64,000 nucleotides of DNA, taken from NCBI GenBank assembly GCA_965662235.1, contig CBFIGY010000001.1, positions 224,001-288,000 of the forward strand. The letters run 5' to 3'. The DNA comes from an uncultured bacterium (lineage in GTDB: Bacteria > SAR324 > NAC60-12). Positions 1-10,830 of the stretch are shown in pieces. A program made the position numbers and the translations under genes. How positions within the stretch are numbered: the stretch's first letter is position 1; each line of letters starts with the position of its first letter. Below the pieces are notes generated by a model. The model saw only the letters and a program-made list of their open reading frames with translations. It was not told where the DNA came from and did no database searches.

Positions 1-489
1 CCGGGCCAGGTAGCTGGAACCGTAGCCGCCATCAAATGACCCCACGCGTGGTCCCGTTTGTCCAAACACCGCATTGTCTGCAGCAATCGTCAGGTCACAC
101 AGGACGTGCAGGACGTGTCCTCCCCCAACGGCGTATCCAGCGACCATTGCCACCACAGGCTTGGGACAGGTCCGGATCTGTCGCTGGAAGTCCAGCACGT
201 TCAGGCGGTGGTGCCCCGTCTCATCATCCTTGTATCCGGAATCCCCACGAATGCGCTGGTCGCCTCCGGAACAAAACGCCTTGTCTCCAGCTCCAGTCAG
301 AATGATGGCACCTACCTGAGGATCCTCTCGGGCGTCATTGAGGGCGTGGCTCATCTCCCGGACCGTCAGCGGGCGGAACGCGTTCCGGACTTCCGGACGG
401 TTAATGGTGATCTTGGCCACCCCTTCTTCAGACTTGTGGTAGAGGATGTCAGTGTAGTCTCCACCAGCGTGCCAGTAGTTTTCTTGCAT
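1..489 (-). CDS. menB: 1,4-dihydroxy-2-naphthoyl-CoA synthase (naphthoate synthase), 5' part; runs off the window start
   Basis: Manual translation from ATG at 489: [40 protein letters not shown]...AFCSGGDQ...[11 protein letters not shown]...[36 protein letters not shown]. These are MenB crotonase motifs, and the gene follows menD. Not in the ORF track. Confidence 0.95.
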   Translation of the reverse strand, partial: MQENYWHAGGDYTDILYHKSEEGVAKITINRPEVRNAFRPLTVREMSHALNDAREDPQVGAIILTGAGDKAFCSGGDQRIRGDSGYKDDETGHHRLNVLDFQRQIRTCPKPVVAMVAGYAVGGGHVLHVLCDLTIAADNAVFGQTGPRVGSFDGGYGSSYLAR

Positions 490-501
490 GGTTCTCTCTC
501 T

Positions 502-2253
502 TCAGGATGAAACAGGAAAGGAAGCCCGGAGCACCTGCTGCCACTGCTGCTGGGCCTGTACGTTGCCCTGACGGGACGTTACAACTTCCAGAATTCCGGA
601 ACGTCCGGAACGGATGAGCTGACGGTACGCTTGCCGCCAGTCCGCGAGCGACGCGGGCGCCTGGTACTCCAGCCCAAACAGCTCAGCGGCCTTCTCAAAG
701 CTCCACGCATGCGGGGTGCCGAAAAAGCGTTCAAAGACATCTTCTTGCTGAGCAATCGGCAAGAAGGAGAAGATGCCCCCTCCGTGGTTGTTGCTGATGA
801 TCAGGATCAGAGGATGCGTCGCCTCCTGACACAGCGCCAAGGAGTTGAGGTCATGAAGCGCAGAAAGGTCTCCGAGCCACAGGGTGGTCGGACGCTGCAA
901 GCCACGAGCAAACCCAAGGGCACTCGCTACCACTCCGTCGATGCCACTGGCTCCGCGGTTCAGTCCAATCGGCACGGAGTGACCTTCGCCAGAGCCATAA
1001 AAATCAATCATCCGGACCGGCAAGCTATTGCCCACAAAGAGCGCATGCTCCGGAGGCACCTCCTCCGTCAGGGCATGAGCCAGCTGTAGCTCGTCCGGAG
1101 CCTCCGCAACACGGTTCAGGTGCAAGGTCAGCTGATTCGCCACCGTGCGGTCGGCTTCCTGCCACTGCTGGAGCCACAGGGAGGCTTCTGGGCGCACAGG
1201 GAGGCGCTTCAGCAGGCCCTCGGTAAAGCACTCCAAGTCACCAGTCAGACGCTCCGAAAACTGAAAGGACGAGTCGAGACGTTCGGAGTGATCTGCGACC
1301 CAGACCATGCGAGGCGACGGATGGTGCTCCCAGCGCGTCAACCAGCGCTTGGACGTCGGGGGAAAGCCCAGGTGCCAAACCACTTCCGGCTGCCAGGTTC
1401 GGCTCGGAAGCCCATCCAGCAGCAGCTGATCGTAGTGCGTGATGCGATGGGGCACGCCGCTTCCCAACCGGAGCCCAGAGGTCACATCAGCAAATACCGG
1501 CCACCCGAGTGCCTCAGCCAAGCGCTTTACCGCAGGCTGAGCGGCTTCAGGCATTCGACCTAGGCTGAGCACTCCCTTCTTTGGAACGTCCGCCACTAGC
1601 GAATCCAGATCAGCCTCATGCGGCACCAACCGAGCCGAACCCATCTTGATCCAAGGCCGCGGGTGCTGTTCCCAGCGTTCCGGAATAGCCTCAGCATGCC
1701 GCCGTTGGTCCTCAGGAGCAGAGTGAAACGGTTCGCGGAAGGGAAAGTTGAGGTGAACGGGTCCCGGAAGCGGGTGACAGGTCCGGTGAATCGCTTGATC
1801 CACGGCTGAAAGCAAAGCCTCTGGTTGAGCGTCAGGCCCGGGGCATCCCGGATCGTGAAACCAACGGACGTAGCCTCCGAACAGCTTGGACTGGTCGATC
1901 GTTTGGTTGGCTCCGGAATCCTTCAACTCTGGGGGGCGGTCGGCAGAGAAGATCAGAAGCGGAAGGTGCTCCACCGAGGCTTCAATGACGGCTGGGAGGT
2001 AGTTGGCCACTGCGGTTCCGGAGGTACAGACGAGCGCCGCCGGTTTTCCCGTCGCCCGGGCGTACCCCAGTGCAAAGTACGCGGCCGCCCGCTCGTCAAT
2101 GAAAACCTGGGCGGTCACCCCGCTGTTTCGGGCCAGGGAGATCGTCAACGGGGTGGAACGGGACCCCGGGGAGACGCAGAAGACGGTGACGCCGTTGCGG
2201 CGGCACTCCTCCACGATCAACCGTCCCCAAAGGGGATTCCAGGTGGACTCCAT
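502..2253 (-). CDS. menD: SEPHCHC synthase (2-succinyl-5-enolpyruvyl-6-hydroxy-3-cyclohexene-1-carboxylate synthase)
   Basis: SPGSRSTPL, DERAAAYFALG, CTSGTAVAN, NRGASGIDG, GDLSALHDLN and NNHGGGIF motifs. ATG at 2253 overlaps the menF stop (TAATG). Confidence 0.95.
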   Translation of the reverse strand: MESTWNPLWGRLIVEECRRNGVTVFCVSPGSRSTPLTISLARNSGVTAQVFIDERAAAYFALGYARATGKPAALVCTSGTAVANYLPAVIEASVEHLPLLIFSADRPPELKDSGANQTIDQSKLFGGYVRWFHDPGCPGPDAQPEALLSAVDQAIHRTCHPLPGPVHLNFPFREPFHSAPEDQRRHAEAIPERWEQHPRPWIKMGSARLVPHEADLDSLVADVPKKGVLSLGRMPEAAQPAVKRLAEALGWPVFADVTSGLRLGSGVPHRITHYDQLLLDGLPSRTWQPEVVWHLGFPPTSKRWLTRWEHHPSPRMVWVADHSERLDSSFQFSERLTGDLECFTEGLLKRLPVRPEASLWLQQWQEADRTVANQLTLHLNRVAEAPDELQLAHALTEEVPPEHALFVGNSLPVRMIDFYGSGEGHSVPIGLNRGASGIDGVVASALGFARGLQRPTTLWLGDLSALHDLNSLALCQEATHPLILIISNNHGGGIFSFLPIAQQEDVFERFFGTPHAWSFEKAAELFGLEYQAPASLADWRQAYRQLIRSGRSGILEVVTSRQGNVQAQQQWQQVLRASFPVSS

Positions 2254-3653
2254 TAGGCCTGTTCCAGCAGCGACGCCCACGAACGCAGCTTGCTCTCAAT
2301 CTCCTGCCACTCCTTGTCTGGCTCCGAACCTTCTACTACTCCAGCACCGGTGTACACCCGCAGGGTTCGGTTGCTCAACAGGCCCGACCTCAAGGCGACG
2401 GCAAACTCCGATGAGTCGCGACTGACCCAGCCGATCGGTCCCGCATACCATCCGCGGTCAAACGGTTCCAGCCGGCGGATGTGCCCCAGAGCTTCTTCGT
2501 TGGGAGTCCCTGAGACCGCTGGAGTTGGATGAAACGCCGGAAGGAGGTCTTCGTCTCGGACGCCTGCCTGCAGCATTCCGCTGACCCGACTCCTCAGGTG
2601 CTGAACGTGGGTCAGGCGGAGGCTTTCTAGGTAGGAAAGACGCTCAGAGCCCCCACAGAACTGCTCCAGCAACGCCTCCAGCCGAGTCAGGACCATCAGG
2701 TGCTCCCGCTGTTCCTTAGCGTTGGTCCGGAGCTCTTCAGCAAGCCGTTCATCTTCTTCCGGAGTGGTTCCTCGAGGACGGGTGCTGGCCAATGCTTCGC
2801 TCTGAAGCTGACGACCAGCCCGCTGGTAAAGACGTTCCGGAGTGATTCCCAAGAAGGCTTGGTTTTCATCACGTTGGAAGCAGAAGTGGAACGCCTCAGG
2901 CGCCTGCTCCCGCAGGGCCCAGAGCAACTGGACCGGATCAGAAGGCGCCGCCAGCTCAAATTCAGCACAGCGTGCGAGCACCACCTTGCTCAACTCCTCA
3001 GACTCAATCTGCTTCAATCCCTCAGAAACCATTGCCTCCCAGCCCGGCTGTTCCGGGTGGTTGCGGCGGCGGTGAAAGCTGAAGGGTCCAGGGGTTTGCT
3101 TCAGGGCCGGACGCAGGGCCGATAGACGGCGGCGGAGCATCTTCAACGCGGCCCATTCTTCAGTTGGGTCTTCCCGTCGGACCACTTGACAGACCAGCCA
3201 GTGCTGTCCGGCACGCTCCTCCAGCAAAATTTCCGGTAAGACGAAACGAGCGGCTCCCCAGGCCTGCCACTCTGGGGACAGAAACGCCTTGGGGTCAAAG
3301 CGCAGGCCCCCTAGGAAGCGAGCCTCTGGCGGTGCTTCTTTGAGCAGAGACGCCAGCTGGTGCATGACCTCTCGGTACGGAGTTTCTGCCACCGACTGCA
3401 CACACCAGGCTTCCCCAATGCCCGCCAGCTTTTCCTGCTGGGCGCGGTCGGTCCAGTAGGTCCGTTGCGGGTGAGGTTGCGCTGCGAGCCAGCTCAGGGG
3501 GTCTGTGGCCTGAACCGGCTGCTCCAGCCGCGCCACCGTCTTTGCCTTCTGAGCAGGATGCCCGGCCTTCAGCCAGCGGTTGATTTGCTCCAGGAGCAGC
3601 CCCTGGGCCTCTTCTAAATCGGGGAGCGCAGAATACGCGGGTGCAGACAGCAT
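2253..3653 (-). CDS. menF: Isochorismate synthase
   Basis: KVVLAR, TPERL, KEQREH, HPTPAVSG, RGWYAGPIGW, EFAVALRS and GAGVVEGS chorismate-binding motifs, upstream of menD. Start is 3653 (ATG) or 3689. Confidence 0.92.
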   Translation of the reverse strand: MLSAPAYSALPDLEEAQGLLLEQINRWLKAGHPAQKAKTVARLEQPVQATDPLSWLAAQPHPQRTYWTDRAQQEKLAGIGEAWCVQSVAETPYREVMHQLASLLKEAPPEARFLGGLRFDPKAFLSPEWQAWGAARFVLPEILLEERAGQHWLVCQVVRREDPTEEWAALKMLRRRLSALRPALKQTPGPFSFHRRRNHPEQPGWEAMVSEGLKQIESEELSKVVLARCAEFELAAPSDPVQLLWALREQAPEAFHFCFQRDENQAFLGITPERLYQRAGRQLQSEALASTRPRGTTPEEDERLAEELRTNAKEQREHLMVLTRLEALLEQFCGGSERLSYLESLRLTHVQHLRSRVSGMLQAGVRDEDLLPAFHPTPAVSGTPNEEALGHIRRLEPFDRGWYAGPIGWVSRDSSEFAVALRSGLLSNRTLRVYTGAGVVEGSEPDKEWQEIESKLRSWASLLEQA

Positions 3654-3779
3654 GGAGATTTGTTGCTTGATCGTTGTTCCATCAAACAACAGGTTGGCAT
3701 TTTTTCCAGAAGAAACAAGGACGGAGATCAGGGGGTTTTTTCTAAATGAAACAGACGTTCGGACCGTCCAAACTGGGGC

Positions 3780-4790
3780 TTAAACGACCTCGGAACCGCC
3801 GGATCCAGCGATGACAATCTTGCCCTCTTCCTCCAGTTTCTTCACCACCTTGATGATCTTCTGCTGGGCTGCTTCCACGTCTGAAACCTTCACCGGACCT
3901 AGGTTCTCCAGGTCGTCCCGGACCATTTCAGATGCGCGGGAAGACATGGAGCTGAAGATCAACTCCCGGACCGCATCGCTGGCTGTTTTCAAGGCTAGGA
4001 CCATGTCTGCCTGGTCCACATCCTTCATGACCGTTTGCATCTGCTTGGAGTCGATCAGGGTCAGGTCCTCGAAGGTGAACATCAGCTCGCGGATGGACTC
4101 GGCGAGGTCCGGATTCGATTCTTCAATGGTCGCCAGGATGCGGGTTTCTGTGGCCTTATCCACGGAGTTCAGGATCTCGGCCACCGGGGCAATGCCACCG
4201 ACTTTGGTAATGACCGAGCTGGCGGCCTTCATTTCATCAGCCAGCACCTCGTTCAGCTCCGTCACCACTCCGGGGGGAATGGTCTCGAGCGTCGCCATCC
4301 GGTACATGACATCAGCCTGTAGATTTTCCGGGAGGGTCCGGAGGACCGAAGAGGATTGGTCCACATTGTGGAGATAAGAGAGGACCAGCGCAATCGTCTG
4401 CGGGTGTTCGCTACGGACGTAGTTGGAGATGGTCACCGGGTCGACGTAGCGCAACGCGTCCAAGCCGCCCTCTTCCTGTCCCGAACGCAGGCTGCCTTCC
4501 AGCTCCTTGGCCTTGTCGGCGCCAAGCGCTTTGACCAGGGCGTTCTTGACAAAGTCTGGAGACTGGTCGAGGTAGACGCCCTCTTCCTGCATCACGGAGT
4601 TCCGGTAGAACTCCTCCAGCACGATGTCCACCTCTTCAGGAGAGACATCGTTGAAGCGGGTCATGAAGTAGCCAACCTGCTGGATCTCTTGCTCGTCTAG
4701 ATTTTTCATGATTTCCGCAGCCCCCTCCTCTCCCAAAGTGAGAAGAAGGATGGCCGCTTTTTTCGGACCCGTCAGTTTGCCAACGCTCAT
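3780..4790 (-). CDS. fliG: Flagellar motor switch protein FliG
   Basis: KAAILL, EHPQTIALVL, MFTFEDL and VEAAQQKII motifs; 336 aa. Confidence 0.95.
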   Translation of the reverse strand: MSVGKLTGPKKAAILLLTLGEEGAAEIMKNLDEQEIQQVGYFMTRFNDVSPEEVDIVLEEFYRNSVMQEEGVYLDQSPDFVKNALVKALGADKAKELEGSLRSGQEEGGLDALRYVDPVTISNYVRSEHPQTIALVLSYLHNVDQSSSVLRTLPENLQADVMYRMATLETIPPGVVTELNEVLADEMKAASSVITKVGGIAPVAEILNSVDKATETRILATIEESNPDLAESIRELMFTFEDLTLIDSKQMQTVMKDVDQADMVLALKTASDAVRELIFSSMSSRASEMVRDDLENLGPVKVSDVEAAQQKIIKVVKKLEEEGKIVIAGSGGSEVV

Positions 4791-4835
4791 GCTACTCCTT
4801 ATGGTTCCGCGCCGGCAGTTTGACTGGGGGAACAG

Positions 4836-5927
4836 CTACGCGGCTTCCATCAGCTCGACAAAGCGTTGGAAGAGGTACTGTGCATCGTGAGGGCCAGGCG
4901 CGGCTTCTGGATGATACTGCACGGAGTATGCCGACCGGCTGACCGCTTCAATGCCTTCAACGGTCTGGTCGTTGAGGTTCCGGTGGGTGACCCGGACCTG
5001 AGAGGGAAGGGAGGTTTCATCCACAGAAAAGCCGTGGTTGTGACTCGTAATCTCAATCTTTTCTGTCGCGTAGTCCATCACCGGATGATTGCCTCCGTGG
5101 TGGCCACACTCCAGCTTGTACGTCTTGCATCCCAGAGCCAAGGAGAGGATCTGGTGCCCCAGGCAGATGCCAAAGATCGGCTTCTGATCCAGAAGTTCCT
5201 TCACGGCGTCCACGGCTTCTGTCACTGCCGCGGGGTCGCCTGGACCATTGGAGAGGAAGATGCCATCGGGCTCAAGGGCCAGCACCTCGGCTGCCGTGGT
5301 GTTCCACGGAACTACGGTCACCGACATCCCTAGGTCGGCCATCAGGCGGAGGATGTTGTGCTTGATCCCGAAGTCGTAGGCCACCACTTTGAAGCGAGGC
5401 GGTGTGACGGTAGACGGCCAAAAGTAGGTCTCGCGTGTGGAAACCCGACGGGCCAGGTTCTGTCCCTCCATCGGCGGGAGCGTGAGGGCTTCTTCCCGGA
5501 GCGTGTCCAGGGTGCGGTGCGAGGCGACTGGTGCAATGATGCCGTTGCACTCTCCTCCAGAGCGAATGGCCCGGACCAGGGCGCGGGTGTCAACGCCTTC
5601 CAGAACCGGAACCTTGTTGTCACACAACCAGTCTTCCAGCGAGTTGGAGGAGCGCCAGTTGCTGGTCACCAGGCTCAGCTCCTTGACCACCAATGCTGCG
5701 GCGTGGACGGTGGCAGACTCCATGTCCTCCGGGTTGATTCCGTAGTTCCCGATGTGGGGATAGGTCATGGTGACAATCTGTCCGGTATAGGACGGGTCTG
5801 TCAGGATTTCCTGGTAGCCCGTCAGGGACGTATTGAAGATCACTTCCCCTTCGGCTTCAAGAGGAGCACCACGGAGTTTGCCACGAAAGTACTGGCCGTT
5901 GTTGAGAACGAGCAGGCCGTCGGTCAT
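4836..5927 (-). CDS. carA: Carbamoyl-phosphate synthase small subunit
   Basis: [35 protein letters not shown] and [12 protein letters not shown]. Confidence 0.97.
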   Translation of the reverse strand: MTDGLLVLNNGQYFRGKLRGAPLEAEGEVIFNTSLTGYQEILTDPSYTGQIVTMTYPHIGNYGINPEDMESATVHAAALVVKELSLVTSNWRSSNSLEDWLCDNKVPVLEGVDTRALVRAIRSGGECNGIIAPVASHRTLDTLREEALTLPPMEGQNLARRVSTRETYFWPSTVTPPRFKVVAYDFGIKHNILRLMADLGMSVTVVPWNTTAAEVLALEPDGIFLSNGPGDPAAVTEAVDAVKELLDQKPIFGICLGHQILSLALGCKTYKLECGHHGGNHPVMDYATEKIEITSHNHGFSVDETSLPSQVRVTHRNLNDQTVEGIEAVSRSAYSVQYHPEAAPGPHDAQYLFQRFVELMEAA

Positions 5928-5932
5928 GTGAG

Positions 5933-6295
5933 TCAGTCTAGGATGATCAGCTTTTCAGGATCAGGCTTCACCTCCTCCCCATCTTCAGGAGAGCAGGACA
6001 AAGCCGTGGAGTAGAGAGTCGTGGCCATGCGATGCGCTTCCGTTCGCTCGACCCGGATGTGCGTCGCTCGGAGGAGTCCAGCCTTGTTCTGCGTCTTCCG
6101 TAGAGCCTGACGGTAGGGGTTGTGTTCTCCCACCAGCGCCACCGCCTTCAGGTCTCCCAGCTTGATGCAGTTTGGAGGCAGGATCTCTGCCTGCATGAGC
6201 TGCACCTGCTGGCCCTGAGGCGTGAGCTCCACCGCCAAGGGACTACAGCTTGCCAACAGGCAGGTCAGCCCAATCATGTTCAGAAACGGTTTCAT
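5933..6295 (-). CDS. Putative lipoprotein (DUF4156-like)
   Basis: Lipobox-like LLASC, then ELTPQGQQV...C..LG...[11 protein letters not shown]; co-oriented and tightly packed with its neighbours. Confidence 0.6.
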   Translation of the reverse strand: MKPFLNMIGLTCLLASCSPLAVELTPQGQQVQLMQAEILPPNCIKLGDLKAVALVGEHNPYRQALRKTQNKAGLLRATHIRVERTEAHRMATTLYSTALSCSPEDGEEVKPDPEKLIILD

Positions 6296-6297
6296 GC

Positions 6298-8175
6298 TTA
6301 TTCACTGAAGAGGCGGCCGCCAGTTTGCTGAGTCAGGGCATTGAGCCACGCGTCGTTGCGCCGGAGGTCATGGGCCTCCAACCAGTCTCCCACCACAACC
6401 AATGGCAAGGTGGCGTCTCGCATGTCAGAGCAACCGCACGACAGGTTCAGCTCGTACTGTCCCGGTTGCAGGTCCGACAGTCGAATATAGGTGGTCTGGT
6501 TGGAAACTGCCAGCGCTTCCTCATAGACTTTTTGACCGAGCTGATGCTCCGTCACCGTCAACTGCACGGTGTCTGAGTGAGTGGGTAGGTGCAGGAGGCC
6601 TTCAATCGATTCCGAGCGGTGACGCGGTCGCAGGGACTGCAGCGCCCAGAACATCCGTTGACGTTCATGAAGGGGCTGGTACAGCAGAGACTGCCAGAAC
6701 AGCGCGTAGCGGTGATCGGTGACGGCATTGGCAGGCTCGTAGCGCCACCGCCAGCTGATGGGGTCTTCCACCCAGTCCACACGTCCCAGCCGAAAGGGCG
6801 TCCGCCGCAGCACTGCCGAAGCGTCTTCTGCCACCTGAAGCTGCTGAAACCCCGTTTGCTGGCGCAGGTAATCCGGAGGCAGGAGCGTTGACTCGGCAAA
6901 CTGCCACTGCGACTCATGAACCGGCTGCAGCTCCAGGCGCTCATCCGCCGTCAAAAACAGCTCCTGGTAGCCCTGCCCGGAAGACTGCTCGCCTCCCATC
7001 GCAATGATGCGTCCGCCGCCGGCGAGGTACCGCTGGAACGCCCGCTGAAACTCAGGATTCCTTAGGTACTTCTTGATGTCGAAGTTCTGAAAGATGACCG
7101 TGTCCATCTTGAAGAGCTCCCGCAGAAAGAGCTCCCGGACCGGAAACTGAATGAGCGCCAGCTCGCCTTCCGGGACATTCTGGGCGTCTTCAAAGGGGTC
7201 CCGGAGGATGAAGAACGCAATGAGGTCCAGCTCAGGGAGGGTCTTCAGCAGCCGGCGCAGGTGCAGCACGTCCCACCCGGGACGTCCCGCAATATGCAGC
7301 ACCTTCAGGCGTGCCGTCCGGACCGTCAGTGGGAGGTAGGCCAGGTTGTCGTGCACATTCGGTTCTTCCCCCAACGGAATCAGTCGCAACGAAAGCAGCG
7401 CCTCTCCCGTCCGGGTGGGCGTCCACTCCAGCTCCACCTGTTCCTGGTGAGGCCCCTGAGGGAGTTGCAGCGACCGCTGGGTCAGAACCGACTGCCCATC
7501 CATGAGGATCAGGCTGCTCATTCCTGCGGTTTCCAGATTGGAATGGACCTGAACCACCATCCGCGTGGACTGGTTCACAAACGCCACCCGTGGATTCGCC
7601 ACCTCTCCCAGCCAGGTTTCATTGCTTCGCGCAGGCTGCGGATACCAAGCATTCAGCACCCATCCGGCTTCCTTTACTTCCTGAGCCAGAGCGGTGGGAA
7701 GTTCGGTCGTGCTGGTGTCGTTGCCGTCACTGATCAGCAACAGCTCACTGCCCTCCGGAATTCCCCCTTGCCGGATCAACCGTCCCAATGCTTCCTGGAG
7801 TGGAGACTGCTCACTGGAGGACTCTGCCTCCAGCAGGTCAAAGTAGTAAGGTTGATGGTCGGGAAACTGTTGGTCCAAGACGTCTTGGAAGGCCGCCGGC
7901 AGCAACGTTTCCCAGCGGTCCAGCGGACCTTTGGGAAGGTTGAGGGTCTGGCGGACGCTCGCACTGCTGTCTACCAACACATACAGCGGTTGAGGTGGCG
8001 GAGCAAAGGTGGCACTGGCCGCCTCGACCAACATGATCAAGGCGGCCAGGAGCAGCGCTCGTCCTCCCAAACTGGCCCACGACAGCAGGTCACGCCGACG
8101 GCGCAGCAGCAAACCGCCATACGCCACTGTGGCAACAGCAAGAACTAACCAGAGGAGGGTGTAGGTAACGGGCAT
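6298..8175 (-). CDS. Membrane protein with vWA-like and glutamine-amidotransferase-like domains
   Basis: Two N-terminal TM segments, VLVDSSAS (MIDAS-like), LLISDG, an Ig-like segment, then LIAFFILR...LALIQFPVRELF typical of this family. Confidence 0.7.
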   Translation of the reverse strand: MPVTYTLLWLVLAVATVAYGGLLLRRRRDLLSWASLGGRALLLAALIMLVEAASATFAPPPQPLYVLVDSSASVRQTLNLPKGPLDRWETLLPAAFQDVLDQQFPDHQPYYFDLLEAESSSEQSPLQEALGRLIRQGGIPEGSELLLISDGNDTSTTELPTALAQEVKEAGWVLNAWYPQPARSNETWLGEVANPRVAFVNQSTRMVVQVHSNLETAGMSSLILMDGQSVLTQRSLQLPQGPHQEQVELEWTPTRTGEALLSLRLIPLGEEPNVHDNLAYLPLTVRTARLKVLHIAGRPGWDVLHLRRLLKTLPELDLIAFFILRDPFEDAQNVPEGELALIQFPVRELFLRELFKMDTVIFQNFDIKKYLRNPEFQRAFQRYLAGGGRIIAMGGEQSSGQGYQELFLTADERLELQPVHESQWQFAESTLLPPDYLRQQTGFQQLQVAEDASAVLRRTPFRLGRVDWVEDPISWRWRYEPANAVTDHRYALFWQSLLYQPLHERQRMFWALQSLRPRHRSESIEGLLHLPTHSDTVQLTVTEHQLGQKVYEEALAVSNQTTYIRLSDLQPGQYELNLSCGCSDMRDATLPLVVVGDWLEAHDLRRNDAWLNALTQQTGGRLFSE

Positions 8176-8242
8176 CGCATTTGTCCAATTCGTTAGTGGC
8201 CCTCATTGTTGCCTTAACCCGGCTGAGTTTCAAACAGGAATT

Positions 8243-9352
8243 TTAAGACTCCAGGCGGCAGACTTCCGGAAACTCCTGAAGAAACGCCTGAAACAGCGTC
8301 CAGAGTTCATGGGCGGGGGTCTGCTTGCGGATTTGGCACCGTCCTATGCCGGACAGCAAGATGAAGCTGACTCCTCCGTCAGACGCTTTTTTGTCATGGA
8401 GGATGAGGCTCTCAAACACCTCTGCTGTCAGCGGGGGAAGCGTTACCTGCGGAAGGAGCGGAAGCAGGAAATCCCGGACCCGGATCCAGTTTGCCTCCGA
8501 GAGGTGGCTCCACTGCCAAGAGGCAAAAGCCGCATACAGCATTCCCACCCCCACGGCTTCCCCGTGCAGCCAGGTTCCGTATCCTGCGTGCGTCTCCAGC
8601 AGGTGCCCCAGGGTGTGTCCAAAATTGAGGGTCGCCCGAAGGCCCGCTTCGGTTTCGTCCTGCTCCACAATGCGCGCCTTGACGCGACAGGAACGCCACA
8701 CCGCTTCCTCGAGAAACGACAGGTCCAGTGGCAGGAGCGGTTTTGTCTCCAGAAAACTCAGCAGCTCGGCGTCGTGGATGAAGCCGTGCTTGGCGAGCTC
8801 AAAGTAGCCTGCCCGCAGTTCCCGCTCCGGAAGGGTTTTCAGGAACTCTAGGTCGATGCACACATGCTCCGGCTGTTTGAAGACGCCGATCATGTTCTTC
8901 CCCAACGGGTGATTCACCGCCGTCTTGCCTCCAACGCTGCTGTCCACATGCGCCAGTAGGGTGGTGGGGACCTGAATGAACGGAATGCCCCTCATGAAGG
9001 TTCCTGCAGCAAACCCGACCATGTCCCCAATCACTCCACCACCAAAGGCCACCAGCAGGGTCTTGCGGTTGGCAGAGGCCTCCATGAGGAAGTCATACAC
9101 CTGATTCAGCACCTCAAGCGTCTTGTAAGCCTCTCCATCCGGAAGCACACAGGTCTGCACCCGGAGGTGGGAGCCAGCGAGCGCTTTCTCAATCCAGTGC
9201 GGGTAGAGGTCCATCAGGGTTGTGTTGGTGACGGCAACCACATGAGTGGCGCCCTGACGGGCCACTGCGGCCGCCAGGTCCTCCTGCAGCACCGAGGCAC
9301 CAATGGTGATGGCGTACTCCCTTCCGGGCAGTTGAACGTCGAGTGTTTTCAT
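8243..9352 (-). CDS. aroB: 3-dehydroquinate synthase
   Basis: GGGVIGD, PTTLLAHVDSSVGGKT, LNFGHTLGH, HGEAVGVG and DKK. Confidence 0.97.
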   Translation of the reverse strand: MKTLDVQLPGREYAITIGASVLQEDLAAAVARQGATHVVAVTNTTLMDLYPHWIEKALAGSHLRVQTCVLPDGEAYKTLEVLNQVYDFLMEASANRKTLLVAFGGGVIGDMVGFAAGTFMRGIPFIQVPTTLLAHVDSSVGGKTAVNHPLGKNMIGVFKQPEHVCIDLEFLKTLPERELRAGYFELAKHGFIHDAELLSFLETKPLLPLDLSFLEEAVWRSCRVKARIVEQDETEAGLRATLNFGHTLGHLLETHAGYGTWLHGEAVGVGMLYAAFASWQWSHLSEANWIRVRDFLLPLLPQVTLPPLTAEVFESLILHDKKASDGGVSFILLSGIGRCQIRKQTPAHELWTLFQAFLQEFPEVCRLES

Positions 9353-9374
9353 ACCGTCTTTCCTGACAGAGGCT

Positions 9375-9398
9375 TGACTCTCCCCAGCGCGAGAGTCA
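9375..9398. promoter_or_regulatory. Inverted repeat TGACTCTC-N8-GAGAGTCA in the divergent aroB/cyaY intergenic region, overlapping a TTGACT -35 candidate
   Basis: Perfect 8-bp arms read directly from the sequence; function inferred. Confidence 0.45.
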
Positions 9399-9437
9399 CG
9401 ATAAAAGAGCTTTCACAACAACTATTTGACGAGTGCT

Positions 9438-9770
9438 ATGAACGATAAGGAATACTTGAAGCAAACCGCCGATCTGTTTCGTGACGTCGAGGATTTTCTA
9501 GGGGACTTCGAAGAAGAGTTGGACTACGACCGCACCGCGGACAAGCTGGAGATCCTGCATGAGGCCAGTCGGCGCAAGATCGTCCTCAACACGCAACGGG
9601 CCATTCATGAGGTCTGGCTGGCGGGTAACGCACGCGGCTGGCACTTCGGCTTTGATTCGGAACGCCAGGTCTGGTTTGCCCAGGCCGAGCAGGAGGAGTT
9701 CGAGGGCTGCTTCTCCCGTCTGCTGAGTGAGCACTTGGGGCGTCCGGTGCAGTTCACTCAGTCCGCGTAG
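9438..9770 (+). CDS. cyaY: Iron donor protein CyaY (frataxin family)
   Basis: Acidic N-terminal helix, KIVLNTQRAIHEVWLA and GWHF...W frataxin signature; about 110 aa. Confidence 0.88.
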   Translation: MNDKEYLKQTADLFRDVEDFLGDFEEELDYDRTADKLEILHEASRRKIVLNTQRAIHEVWLAGNARGWHFGFDSERQVWFAQAEQEEFEGCFSRLLSEHLGRPVQFTQSA

Positions 9771-10243
9771 GTCTTTTCCTCAATTTCCAGAATGGCAGAA
9801 ACCGGCAGGGCCCCACTTTCGGTGATGGTCCGCCGGGACTTGTCCTTCTGTAGTGACTCGAACTCGGCGCGCCGTTCCAGAAACTCTCGGTAGCACCGGA
9901 CGTCTGACACCCGTTTCCGGCAATCCTTGATGCGCATCTCTACTCGCTCCACCAGTTCCTTGGAGCGCTTCTCCTCCTTCAACTCCAGAAACGCCTTGCC
10001 GGCTTCCCGGTAGAAATCGTCTGCAAGCGCCAAGTGCTTTTCAGCAGTTTCACTGCGGTTCTTGAACATGGCCTCCTCGGCAAGGCGCAGGTTCGACCAG
10101 GCCATGTTGCGCAGGGTATCCGGAGTGTACACCCCCTCCTGCTTGGTCCGTTCAAAGTACTCAATGGCCTGCAAGAAGGCCTGTTGTGCCATAAAGCGAC
10201 AGGCGGTGTCAAAGTTGAGCTTAATGGCTGATTCGTTGTTCAT
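9758..10243 (-). CDS. Hypothetical helical (TPR-like) protein
   Basis: 161-aa ORF overlapping the rlmE stop (ATGA); helical-repeat pattern. Confidence 0.6.
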   Translation of the reverse strand: MNNESAIKLNFDTACRFMAQQAFLQAIEYFERTKQEGVYTPDTLRNMAWSNLRLAEEAMFKNRSETAEKHLALADDFYREAGKAFLELKEEKRSKELVERVEMRIKDCRKRVSDVRCYREFLERRAEFESLQKDKSRRTITESGALPVSAILEIEEKTYAD

Positions 10244-10830
10244 GAGACCAGTTCCTGTTTATGCTGACCCAGTAAAAAAATTTCGACACTCTCTTGGCGG
10301 GAGCTTTTAGGCTTCACCACTTTAACCTGCTGGAAGCGCTGCCGGAAGGCCTGCTTGAGTTCTTCAAATGGAGCCCCTTGAAAGGCCTTAACGAGCAGAT
10401 TTCCTCCGGTCCGCAGCGACGTATCCGTCAGCGCCAGCACCTGCAGGTTCAGCGCATGCGACCGATCGGCGTCCACTGAACGGATGCCAGTGGTTTTGGG
10501 GGCCATGTCGCTCAGGATCACATCCACGGGTCCTCCCAACCACTCCGGATCCGCCCCATACTCAAAGACATCTCCTTCCAGAGCTCGCGCCTGTTCCGGA
10601 AGTTTGGCGGTCACCGGCTTCAGGTCGAGCCCAATCACCTCACCCTCACGCCCCACTCGTTTGGCCGCATACTGCATCCAGGAGCCTGGGCTGCATCCCA
10701 AATCCAGCACCCGCAGGCCCGGACGGAGCAGGTGGTGCTTCCGATCAATTTCCTCCAGCTTGAACGCGGAGCGCGCGGCGTACCCTTGACGCTTGGCTTG
10801 GTGAAAGTAATGATCCTGAACCTTCTTCAT
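10240..10830 (-). CDS. rlmE: 23S rRNA Um2552 2'-O-methyltransferase
   Basis: RSAFKLEEID, VLDLGCSPGSW, ILSDMAP and KPKSSRQESVE. Confidence 0.95.
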   Translation of the reverse strand: MKKVQDHYFHQAKRQGYAARSAFKLEEIDRKHHLLRPGLRVLDLGCSPGSWMQYAAKRVGREGEVIGLDLKPVTAKLPEQARALEGDVFEYGADPEWLGGPVDVILSDMAPKTTGIRSVDADRSHALNLQVLALTDTSLRTGGNLLVKAFQGAPFEELKQAFRQRFQQVKVVKPKSSRQESVEIFLLGQHKQELVS

